DNA from: Paragordius varius
Taxonomy: Eukaryota > Animalia > Nematomorpha
DNA length: 64,000 bases
Reading direction: 5' to 3'
NCBI GenBank assembly: GCA_964247055.1
Contig: OZ176050.1
Location: forward strand, 3,286,001-3,350,000
The position numbers and the translations under genes were made by a program. The notes under the pieces were generated by a model that saw only the letters and a list, made by a program, of their open reading frames with translations, did no database searches and was not told the DNA's origin. This document shows positions 38,455 through 50,000 of this stretch, in pieces (positions within the stretch are counted from its first letter, which is position 1; every line of letters begins with the position of its first letter).

Positions 38455-39325
38455 GTATAAAAATATTACTTTGTTGAGGTTGATAGTATTGTTGTCCTTT
38501 ACCCTCTATTTTTTTATTAAATAGATTAATGAAATATAAAAAAATTTTAAAAGTAAATCTATTTTAATATTTACGAGTTTGGTATCCTTTTCCCTCTATA
38601 AAAGAATATAAAATCGATATTATAATAATTGGTAAATGGTATTATTTTGATTTTAATAATTGTTAGATCCGTCGTTTATTTAGTTTAAACCATATTAAGG
38701 CGATAAAAATTAAATGTAGGATCGGCGAAGTAGATAAGAAAGTAGACGGCATTTATCAAATTATATGAAATTAAGAACCTTAAACTACTAATCGCTTAAC
38801 ACTCCTACCTAAATTTTTTTCATAATGAATTAAATTAATATGATAATAATGATGATATACCTCGTATTAAATACCCAAGTGAATATAAAATTATACATTT
38901 TTCTTTTAAAAACGAATTATCGGTATATTTAATTGGCGGCCTTATTTGAAATATATGACAGCCCTTGTATAACAATTATATAAAATGCGACTGCTTTAAA
39001 AAGTATTACTCTTAAAAATATATTTAAAAAAGCAATCTATTGTTAATTCGTTTCCTCAATTGGTGCCAATGATGGATAATAAAAGTTTTTAAGACAAATT
39101 ATAAAAAAAATAAAATCTAGTGAATATAAATTACTTTGTTGGTCTAAATTGCAAATAAATTAAAAAATAAATTATATTTTAGAAAACGAAGTTTATGTTT
39201 AAAATTTAGATAAATATAAATAAAAATTTACATGATGGTTGTTGGTAATAATATCCCTTGCCTTTCCCATAAGCTTCAGTGTATACAACTAATAGAAGTA
39301 GGCCAAGAATAGCGATTTTGAACAT
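37008..39325 (-). CDS. Micro-exon gene encoding a secreted Gly/Lys/Tyr/Gln-rich protein (186 aa, 11 exons)
   Basis: Exons 39325-39232 (94), 39143-39135 (9), 38595-38575 (21), 38505-38470 (36), 38158-38138 (21), 38010-37984 (27), 37902-37885 (18), 37824-37783 (42), 37457-37386 (72), 37301-37291 (11), 37217-37008 (210). All GT-AG, sum 561 nt, no internal stop. Exons 6-11 are conserved with splice sites in copy A while the introns diverge. Confidence 0.82.
38219..38403. mobile_element. TA-flanked MITE-like element (~185 bp) in intron 4 of the micro-exon gene
   Basis: ta|cggacaa ... ttgtccg|ta. The left part recurs at ~21095-21142, and a right-half relative occurs at ~55300-55373. Confidence 0.55.
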
Positions 39326-40740
39326 TGCAATAAATTGAATATGATGGAATTTATATAAATTCAAATCAAATTAATAGTTGATCTTATAGTAAATTAAGCG
39401 CCTTAAATACCTTTTTTCAAGGACCTTATGATATAACAATTATGTCCTTCACCTTAAACTATCTAGTTTTTATTATGGGAAATTTGAGATCTTTATATTT
39501 TGTACCCGTATGTTTGAACCTATTTGTTAAGATATAAAGTAGGTAAGGTCATACAAATAAACTTATCAAATTTCCAAAAACATGTAATATCCAATTACGG
39601 TTTAATTTTCTAGTTTACAAAGGTATCTAAAAATAAAAAAAGGAATAAATGAGGTAATAGGGTACTTTGTAAAAAATATTTTAAAATTTTATTTCATTTA
39701 TTTATTATTATAAAATCATTTTTCCAATATCCTTTATAAGATTTATAACCAAAGAATATAAAATAAACTGCTCATGTAAAATAAAAATTTACGACGGTGC
39801 CATTTTAATTATACATTTGTGTGAGAAATTTATATTTGATAATGTAAAGATTTTTTTATTTTTAAAGAAATTTACGAAAAACTTAATAATTTTTGATTGG
39901 TTATCTTTTCGATTATTTAATATTAACCCTTTAACGGACAATTTTGTTAAAGAATTTTATGAAAGTATACTTTATGTAGATAGATATTTTTTTTATTTGC
40001 CTGTTACCTATTAGAGGTAAGAAAGAAATGGCAAAAGTTGTAATTTCCAGGAATTTTTCAAACTATTCTCTATAGAAATTAGTATTTGTTTTGTTAAGAA
40101 TATCCGAATGCAGCTTTGTACAGCGCCCCGCTCAGAGATCGGCCCACAATTTTGATACAGGAATACCATCAAAAATATGCACGAAACATTTCAAATATCA
40201 TATATTATAAACCAGGGGTGTCCAAATAAATAGCAGGCCGCATTCAAAAATATGACGTTATATTTGAATAAATTTCAGACATAACTATGTATGCCAACAC
40301 AAAACATTTTTTTCGTTACCAATTGGAGAGACTTATTCAGAAAATATGTTAAAGAAATATCAATTTCACCAAGATTTAGGTCATTTTTTGCTTTATGGAA
40401 GGTCGATTAACTGATGCTAATTAAAAAGTATCAAAATAATCCATAAATTTAAATGAGCCCATATGTTTTCTGGTTATCGTCTCAGACGATATTCGAGGAT
40501 TTGTATTTTTTTCGAAAATTTATTTTCCGAGTTGGGGATTAACTGATATTCAAGAAAGTTACACGACTATGTTGTCACATTCACACAATAATACAATTCT
40601 TCTGAATTTGAAAGGGCCTCGTTATAAATATGTCTTAAAGCCAACCTTCAACATTCCATAGTATATATATTATATAGTGATATCATAAAATACACATTAA
40701 TTTATCAATATAAAATAATTAATTTATTAAAATAAAAGAA

Positions 40741-42342
40741 TCAATTTATCACAATATTCCAGGAGCTATCACGTACATTAGGCGCAAAAATTTCTGCAAA
40801 CCTATAATTGTATGAAGCATCTTCTCGTGGCAAGAGGAATGTCAGAAAAATTGGTAAAATGTGACTAGATGCATTATTGTTGAAAGATTCTGGTAAAAGT
40901 TTAAGGTTTCTTTCATAAATTAAAAGGTTTGATTGCATATCCTTGCCATAAGGTTGCAACTGCCGTCGTGTATTCCAAGATCCTTTTGGTAATAATTTCC
41001 ATATATATTTTTCCCAATTTAAAATAGTTACAGTAGCTTTTTGTTCTCCAATAACCTTATCCAATAGTATCCCAGTGACATATACATCATCTATCCAAAA
41101 CGTGGAATTGACTAGCGATGATTGATATAATTTAACTGCTAAATCCAGGGAATATATAATAAAAGTGCCCAGACAATAAGGTGGATACGTTGCATTTGCG
41201 TATTCTTCCGGAGTGACATACCATTTTTGATGGACATTTCTAACGGTATTTGAAGGGCCAAATCTGTGGCAAATCAAAATATTTTTGTTGACTGGATTTG
41301 ATAGATTATTATTCTTGTGTTGTTTAAAACCTAAACTTTTTTGTGAGAGTGTAGATTCTAAGTTTGACAGATTTGTTTCCAATTTTGTCGAATTCGTAGG
41401 CAAACGATGACTTACATATAATGTTTGTAATAATATTTGAGTGTTTTGAGGATCAATATATACATCATCGTCAACCTTTATGACATAATCAACTTCTTTG
41501 CCATTACAAAACACACTTGACCAGTGAAGGGCCATCAAATGTTTGTAAGTTAAATTGCGATAAGAATCCATAAAATCTCCCAATATTATGTCACCATGCC
41601 TTGTTATTTCATCACAAAAATCAGAATTAAGAATCAAATCAACATTTTTATCTTTAACATATTGAACAAATTTCGAAACAAAAGATCGTAAGAATGAGTT
41701 TGTTGCAATAAATGTACTTTTGAGCAACCATTGTGAAATATTAGTTATTAGAGAATTGAATATTGAGATATCCTTTACTGGTCTTACACCAAGTGCAAAA
41801 TAAAATTTTGAACCAATAACTTTATTAAAATCTTTAGATGCCCATGTGTTTCGAATCGCATTTCTCCATTCTACATTATCAGGATCGGATATAATAATAT
41901 ATACAATATTTAAATGCAACTCCGATTTATTTGGTCTCTTTTTAAAGGTACATTTTTTAGATGGAATTACTAAATATCTGAAAGATTTCAGATTTCCTAG
42001 CGGAAATTTCGTATTGGAGAGATTTGTACTTAATATTGCCTTATTTTTAGGGCATAATACTGTTTTATCATAATCACCATCCATAGTTGCGGGTACATCA
42101 TTATTTTTAATGATAAAACTATTATTATTATTAATTTGGTAACTGTTAAGTAATAATATATGAATGAGAACGAAAAGAAATATACAGATAAGCAGGCATT
42201 TTACCGATGGTAATGGAAACCATAGAAGTATGCGTAGACCACAATATGAGCGCTTTTGAAAAATCTTTGCAGTATTTGCATCTTTATGTTCATACAAATT
42301 AAACTGATCTCTTCTGGATAATAAATTTGTGTTGGCCCGCAT
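40741..42342 (-). CDS. GT31-family beta-1,3-glycosyltransferase (B3GALT-like), 533 aa, single coding exon
   Basis: N-terminal transmembrane anchor (CLLICIFLFVLIHILLL) and Galactosyl_T motifs RNAIRNTW, HGDIILGDFMDSYRNLTYK, YVIKVDDDVY, YPPYCLG, WIDDVYVTG. Donor and acceptor specificity cannot be assigned from motifs. Confidence 0.9.
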   Translation of the reverse strand: MRANTNLLSRRDQFNLYEHKDANTAKIFQKRSYCGLRILLWFPLPSVKCLLICIFLFVLIHILLLNSYQINNNNSFIIKNNDVPATMDGDYDKTVLCPKNKAILSTNLSNTKFPLGNLKSFRYLVIPSKKCTFKKRPNKSELHLNIVYIIISDPDNVEWRNAIRNTWASKDFNKVIGSKFYFALGVRPVKDISIFNSLITNISQWLLKSTFIATNSFLRSFVSKFVQYVKDKNVDLILNSDFCDEITRHGDIILGDFMDSYRNLTYKHLMALHWSSVFCNGKEVDYVIKVDDDVYIDPQNTQILLQTLYVSHRLPTNSTKLETNLSNLESTLSQKSLGFKQHKNNNLSNPVNKNILICHRFGPSNTVRNVHQKWYVTPEEYANATYPPYCLGTFIIYSLDLAVKLYQSSLVNSTFWIDDVYVTGILLDKVIGEQKATVTILNWEKYIWKLLPKGSWNTRRQLQPYGKDMQSNLLIYERNLKLLPESFNNNASSHILPIFLTFLLPREDASYNYRFAEIFAPNVRDSSWNIVIN

Positions 42343-44018
42343 TTCTCCCGTGAATTGTTAGTCGATTCCATATGAGAACATTTAAATAATATACAAAACT
42401 ATCAGTTTATGGATAAATGTTTTGGTATAAACTGCTAATATATATATATATGTATCCTGAAACAGAAATCAATAAATCGATATTTAATTAAGCGTACAAA
42501 ATTTCTAAATTTATTTTCATCTATATCTAATTAACGTAGTATAACTCTAAATTATTATTACCATAATATATTTTAATTTACTATACATGAAAACGCTAAA
42601 ATTTTAATATAAAACAGATGGAAAATTATTAACTAATTTAAGTTCACACTAGCAGCAATGCAAAATGATATATCCTCTTAAAAATACTATTGACTTAGGA
42701 TGATTTAAGTTTGGGCCTATCATACTTTATTTTATGCCCTAATTTTATTATATTTATAAATGTGCCTTTTTTATTTGCAAACGCCGCGCCTTCTGTAAAG
42801 ATAATTGTTTGAAAAAAAATACACCTAATAAGAATTATAATCCTAGGCGTTCTATTAATAAATGTTTTGATCATGCCCGATAAGAATTCACCCACTTAAA
42901 ATACACCGTTGAAAATTGTTAAAGTTCCAGAGATTATTGTAGGGACATTTATTGCGCGTGTCTGGGGTAATACACCACAGGGTCATATATGGAAATAATT
43001 ATAACTAATTGAAATAACCAAGGCATTCAATTTCAAATGCTCAGATAAACGATTCCCCTAAGTCAGACCCACTCTTGTAAAAAGTATGCGCTACAACTAT
43101 TTGATTGATTTCTACTCTCGATAAAATTAGCATTACTAAACACGTCCCAAAAAATGGTTCAAGTATTATTCAGAAAACGTTTAAAACTATTAGGATCCAA
43201 CTACATATATACTTGGATTAAGTTATGGACCACGAATTTAATGAATCCGTTTTACAATAGGCATGGTTCAGTCTAAACTTAGGCAAATTTACGCCTCCGA
43301 GGCACAGTTAAACTTTATCATGGCCCTAGGTCCATGATCGTTTTTAAAATCCCTATCTATCCAGGACGGAAAAAACTGAAAGGGCGGTTATGTTTTATGT
43401 AAATATTGGCATACATATGCATTTTGTATTGGGATATATTTATAGTCCACGAATCTGTCATTAATTATGTAACTTAAGTCTTAAAATAAATTTCAACTTT
43501 TACGGCCGATCCTTATTGCATAGGGCGTTTAAAAAATTATTTACCATTTATTCTTGTAAGAAAATCCATATCAAAATTTTATTTAGTCAAACAAGCCGTC
43601 AAATTCAAATATATTTAACTTACTTATTTCCAAATTATGTGTTCATAAATCAAATGTGGGACAGATCATACAATTAAATAATGAAAAACAGAAAACATAG
43701 ATATTATCAAGAGCCAAAATATTAAAAATCCTGCTATAACCGTTTTTCAACTAACGGAAAAATTAATAAAATTGGGATTGATGCGGTGTAGTTTAATTTA
43801 TTTTAAAAATGTAAATAAGACAATATCAAGATTAAATGCGCAAGTAAAAATATATCACAACTACTCTAAGTATAAATTTGGCTAAAAATATGGATAAATG
43901 CTGTATAAATTCTACAAAAAACAGATTAAATAAGCCTTGTGAGATTAAGTTTGTGAATAATGCTACAAATAAATAAAAATTTCATTAAAATTAAATAAGA
44001 AACGATTTATAAATAAAA

Positions 44019-47000
44019 TTATGGTTGAAACAATTTTTTGGTGAATTCAATATAATCAAGAGCTCCTCGTATTTCACGATTCGGTTTGCCTTCATTGTAA
44101 GGTACCATATTTTTCAAACAATATTCCGCTTCGTCTGGTCGTAAATTCTAAAAAATTATTGATAATTTTCTATATATTTAAACGTCACAATCATAAATCT
44201 AAACGCGGCATACAGATTAATCCATATTTCTCAAACTTTATTAAATATAAATAGGTATTACAGACATACAGTGAAATTTATAGTTTCATGAAATGTAAAT
44301 CTCTGTTAAAGGTAAAATCAAGATTTAAAAACATGTTTTTGCTATGAAAATTGTCCTCTTTTTATGTTTATTATTTTATTTTAGACATTACTGTAGCTGA
44401 AAATATTTTTTTTTAAATATAAAAGAATTTTAAACAAATAATTTTAATATACCGCAGTCAGTTCTTCAACCAAAATGTATGGTTTATTTTCGGCAAGGGC
44501 TTTAAAAGCTTCGACGACCTCATCGTTGGAGGAAACATTTTCAGATTCTTTCGCAATCATAAATGCCATATATTCTTGCAATGGGACATAACCATCTCTG
44601 ATAAGTGAATATTAAATTAGCATATAAATATATACTTATTCGAGAAAATAATATGATAAAATGGGTCTTCCTAAATTGCTTAATTAAAAATAAATAGTGT
44701 TATCAAGAATCATCATTAAATAAATCATTCCTTAGTAAAAATCAAAATGAACAAATAATTATTAAAAAATTATTTTGATACAAAATATTATTCATTAATT
44801 AGTAAAAAAATAATTTTGTAAAAAAATTAGCATGGAAAAAAACCTATTAGGATCTACTGCATTTAGTATGGTTTCGAATTCAGCGTCATATTCCCCTTCC
44901 TCCACCATGGGTAAATCATAACCCAAAGCTCGGAGACAAGATTTAAACTCTTTGTGATCAAGACGGCCAGTTTTGTCTTTATCGAAATGCCTAAGTAAGA
45001 AAATAAAGATATAAAATAAAAATTAAATGTAACAAAAATTGAAAAAGTAATATTTTCTTTATAATATATGATTTTTTGATTTTACAATATAACATATATG
45101 ATAGTTAAATTAAGACGTTTCCAAATTGCATCTAGTCATTTTTTTCGCAACCCAAAACAATAGATTAAAATGGTTTTTCTTTTAAACATTGGTTTCTTCT
45201 TTTCGTTTTGTCTTATAATTAATATAAATCTAAAAGCAATTGTTAATACCTTTTTTTATTATATAGATAAAGTTGGCATAAAATACAGTATTTACTTTAT
45301 TTAACAAAATAAACTTGTAAAAAATAGCAGATTATTACCAAATATTTTCACTTTAAACAATTAGCTTATATAAAATTCATACCCACTAATACATTAACCT
45401 GTTTAAAATTGAAAAAAGATAAAAAGCGATTGCCTAACCTAAACATCATTCCAAATTCACGGAGGGTTTCTTCACTAACACCGCACGTATTCCGTGCCTG
45501 TATCTGATGTTCCAAATTATGCTGTAATCGCATCCCTAAATGATCTAATTGATCCCATTCTTGACCCAAACTTAGGGTGCTATGTTCCGTATACCTAAAA
45601 TTTACAAAAATAAATCAACGTTTTTACATTCGATTTATTTAATAAGTTTTACTTGTTGTCAAAAATTAGATTCTGCTCTAGGAGTGCTCCCAACTCTTCA
45701 ATCTGTTTTAGATGAGATTTATATTCCTTCACTAATTGGGCATTTTGCTAAAGCAGTAAAAATAAAATTTTCATTATATAAAATACTCAATAGCAAAATT
45801 GTGATTATAAGATTACAATTTTTATAATGATTATATGATTAATATTATTAAATATCAAATTAAACGACACATTGCGTTAAAAATTAACAATATATGAAGA
45901 TAGCCAAACATGCTTTTAAACTACCTAGTTAGAAATGATTGAGAAAATTACTTTTGCAATTTTTTTCTATACCAACTCCTGTTTAAAGGTTGAATATACT
46001 TTACAACTGAAAACAATCCTAAAAAAATGTTTTTTTGGATAAAATTTTTTAAAAAAAACCTTAATGACATCTAATTGGTGTTCGAGGGATCCCGTGCTCT
46101 CCATAGCGACAGCCCTTCGTTCAGAAAGCCAAGCATGGAATGCATTAGCATGATGCGCATATTGAAGTCGCAATTTATCATTTTCTAATTGACGGTTTTC
46201 CTCTTTATCCAAGGCTACTTGTCTTTCCTAAATTATAAAATATTAATAATATCATAAAATTATCGTAAATATTCAAAAGATAAACTTTAAAAAAAGTCCC
46301 ATACGCTATTGTTGACAATAATCTATCTATATATTTTATGATGATTAATTTATTATTGATTATATCTGTAAGTGGTAACGAAAGAGAGAGCAATAACTTT
46401 TTTAAAAATAAATTAATGAATCCCAATGTTAAAAATGTTTTTTTGATCCATACATAAACATTTAACATAAATAATCATATTTAAACCAGTGTATGTATGC
46501 GTAAGAACTAAAAAAAATATTTTTCACATCATCAAAATATATTTAAGGATTTTATAATAAAAGCGATTAAAACCATTTCTAAACCTCTAATATAGCAAGC
46601 AAATTATTCCATGTATCCGTTAAAGCTTCAATAGTAAACCAAGTGTAAGGATTAGGTCCTACTTGATAAGATTTAATGAGGTTATCGAGTTCAACTAATT
46701 CATCAAACTCCTCTTTGGCCACGTTCAAATGGTTTTTGAAAGCTGTGTGGGCTTCTTTGGACAACTTTAAATCAGGAATATTAATGTATAAATTTAATAA
46801 ATTTATTTCGATATATGGTTAGATTCAAATAAATCAACCCTAGTTTGCATATACAGATTATCAAAACTATGCATAATTTTATTTTAAACAACGGTATTAA
46901 ATGTAAAAAAATGGTAACTTGTGTTAAATAAACCTTATTAAATGTCCATATATTCTTGAGAATTGGGTTAAAAAAATCATAAAAGACAATGCCTACAAAA

Positions 47001-50000
47001 TATAATTTAATTAAAATAAGTAGCAATATTATGAATCATATTGGAAAAAACAAAAATTAAAAATATATCAAAGTCCCAACATTGTAGATAATTTTTTACC
47101 TTAATTTCCTCGACTGAATTGCAACGTACTGGATCGGTTAAATCTTCCTCAGCGTTTTCATACCACGAATTGAAGGCTGAAGCCTTTTTAGCAAAAGCCA
47201 AGTAAAGTTCATCAATCTATTTTATATCAATAAGATTTAATATTCACAATTTTACAAAAATAAAACACTTAAACTAAACCATTTTGATAAAAAATGGTTG
47301 TAATTATAAATGTATTACAATTAGTTTTATGTTTTAAAACCCCAAATGGTAAAAATTTTGATGAAAAAAATATAAGCATTAATTAAAGTTATGTAAATTC
47401 AATAATTGTATGTATGTAAAAATAAATTTTGGATTAATATTATTGTAATTTGGTGAAAACAAAATATATTTTGCAGTATTGTAATTTAAAATATTAAAAT
47501 TTAAGATTATATAAATTATCTACAACTATTTTATATTTAACATCGCAATTCGTTTTAAAAATACAGTTATACATTTTAATGATTACTTATTGCACAATAT
47601 AGTATGGCAATTTGTAACACAGTAGTGTATGTTTGGAAAAATCAACAAAATGTTGAATAAACAATTATTTCCTTTCTTTTTACATGCACTTCTGTGTTGC
47701 GAATAATAGCAACCACTAAAATGCATACTGTAATTTTTAACATTTATTATCATCAAAATATTATCATAAAAAAGGCCTAATGAGTCCTACTATACCCTAC
47801 CTTTTTATAGCGATCTTTCATTTCTTGGAGTTGATCGCCACGCTGTTTAGCGCTTTGTGTTAATTTTTGCCATAAATTCATTATTAAAGCGTATCGATTA
47901 GCTATTATCCGTTTTTCTTCACTGCTTAATTCAGAAGGGCTCAACGATTCTGGACTTTTTTTGTTTGCATTTGATTGTTCATCAATCAATGATGTTTTCA
48001 ACTCTTTAAGGGTACGTAAGGCGCCCTCTTCTTCAAAACAGTTTAAACTGCGCATAAAATGTTCATGTTTACCCAATAAATTAACGACGGAAGCTAGATC
48101 GTGACCTGCGTTTACCATAAATATGAGATAAAATATAGTTTTATGTGACTAATCAGATGTTATACAATGAATAGTTGATGTAAATTTTTTTTTCATAAAA
48201 GTTAAGACAATAACAAAACGTTAAGATAATAAAGTAAAACCTCTACATCTATATTCAAATTAAAACTGCAGTAAAATTGGATAATATTCCCTAAAACTAT
48301 AAATTTAATTTTCCATAAAATTTTACAAAAAAATACCAAAATCGTCAGATTTCGCGGCGTTTTCTTTGTCCAGAATCCAATTTTCAGCCAAATCCGCTTT
48401 CCACATAAATTGGGCAAAAGTCGAATTTTCCTCCAGTTTTATCCGTCGATCCCGCGCTTCATCACAGAGCTTCTCCATTTTCGTACGCAATTCTTGACAC
48501 TTTTCTTTAATCAATTGCTCATGTATGTTTCCCTTAAAAATTAGTAAATAGGCAGAATATGTATTTTGGAATTATGTATGTTCAGAGAGTATGATCGGCC
48601 AGAAATAATAACCGGTATGAACTTAACCACAAACATTAAATATATGAAAACAAAATATTATGTATGTTTTAGTAAATAATAATATAAAAACAAAACATTT
48701 CTTTAATTTAAAGTAATATATATTTATATTTGACTCATTTAAATAAGTAACGGTCGCGGTCATGATTGCAGAATAACCAATTAAACTCACCTTCATTCAA
48801 CAAATACAAGTTTAGGCATGAACTCTACTTAAAAAATAAAGGCATATGATATATTTGTCAAACTTATTGTTAGGAAACCATTTATTGTCCATTTTTTTAT
48901 AAATAAACCTCTTCGCATAATTCTTTGCCGAGATTTTCGATGGCTACACAGCGATTCAAATGCGTTTCCAAGATGTCCGAAAAAATGTCGTGTTTCTTGA
49001 GTAAACTCTGCATATAAAAAGATTAACAAAGTCGATTAATAATAAATCGATTATAAAACAAGAAATTTTTCAATAATTTTATTTTTTATATACTTGTACT
49101 GCTGCCATATTTTCGCCATATCCATCCAAATTTAACACACGATGACTTTCCTATATAACAAATAATTTTATAATAAATTATACAAGCAAAAAATGAATTT
49201 CCCCACCATAAAAATTGTGATTATATGCTTTTGAACAATAAAAAATTTAAAATAAAACGCCTTTAAAAGGAAATGTAGTCAACAAAATTGCATAAATTAT
49301 TTGTAATATCATGCAATTCGGTTTGACAAAGTTTAACAGAACTAAAATAACTGCCTAATAATTAAAAAGATTTTTATTGATGCTTTGGTCCCTCCAAAAA
49401 ATAACTACCGTAATATACCTTGACCCAAGCCAATTCTTCAGCAACGTCAGCGTTAAATTGTTGAAACGTTAGACTATCATCCAATTTTCGGCTACGTAAT
49501 TCAAACCGTTGTCTCAATTCATCCCAATCGTTTTGGAGTTGTGAAAGTTTTTCATCAATCTCTCCAGCTCCCTGGGATCCAGCACTCATTAATTCACCCT
49601 TAATTTGTTCAGCTAAGTCAATCGAATTCTATTAAACAAGGAAATGATAATTGATTGATTTATATATTGATCAAATTTATCATACAAGCATTTTTAGCGA
49701 TGATTAAGTATCGTATAATTAACTTATTTTCCTATAAAAATATTTATGTATAAAGAGACAAAACAAGATAAAGTAAAAAAAAAACAATTCATAAAAACTG
49801 TAATTTATGACTTTGATTTGCTTTAATATATCGTAAGGTATTATTTTGGAATTGAACATAAGGGTCAAACATGTAAATTAGTAGCATGAAACATTATTAT
49901 TAAGAATCAAAAAATATGAATGTTATTCAATTGATGATTGTATAAAAAATTTTTAACTCTTTTATTGTCTTAAAAATCTATCTATATTTTATTCTATAAA

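Noticed and set aside
40741-42342. Intronless glycosyltransferase as a retrogene or horizontal transfer
   Set aside because: Animal GT31/B3GALT genes commonly have a single coding exon, base composition matches the host, and no poly(A) tail or TSD is visible.
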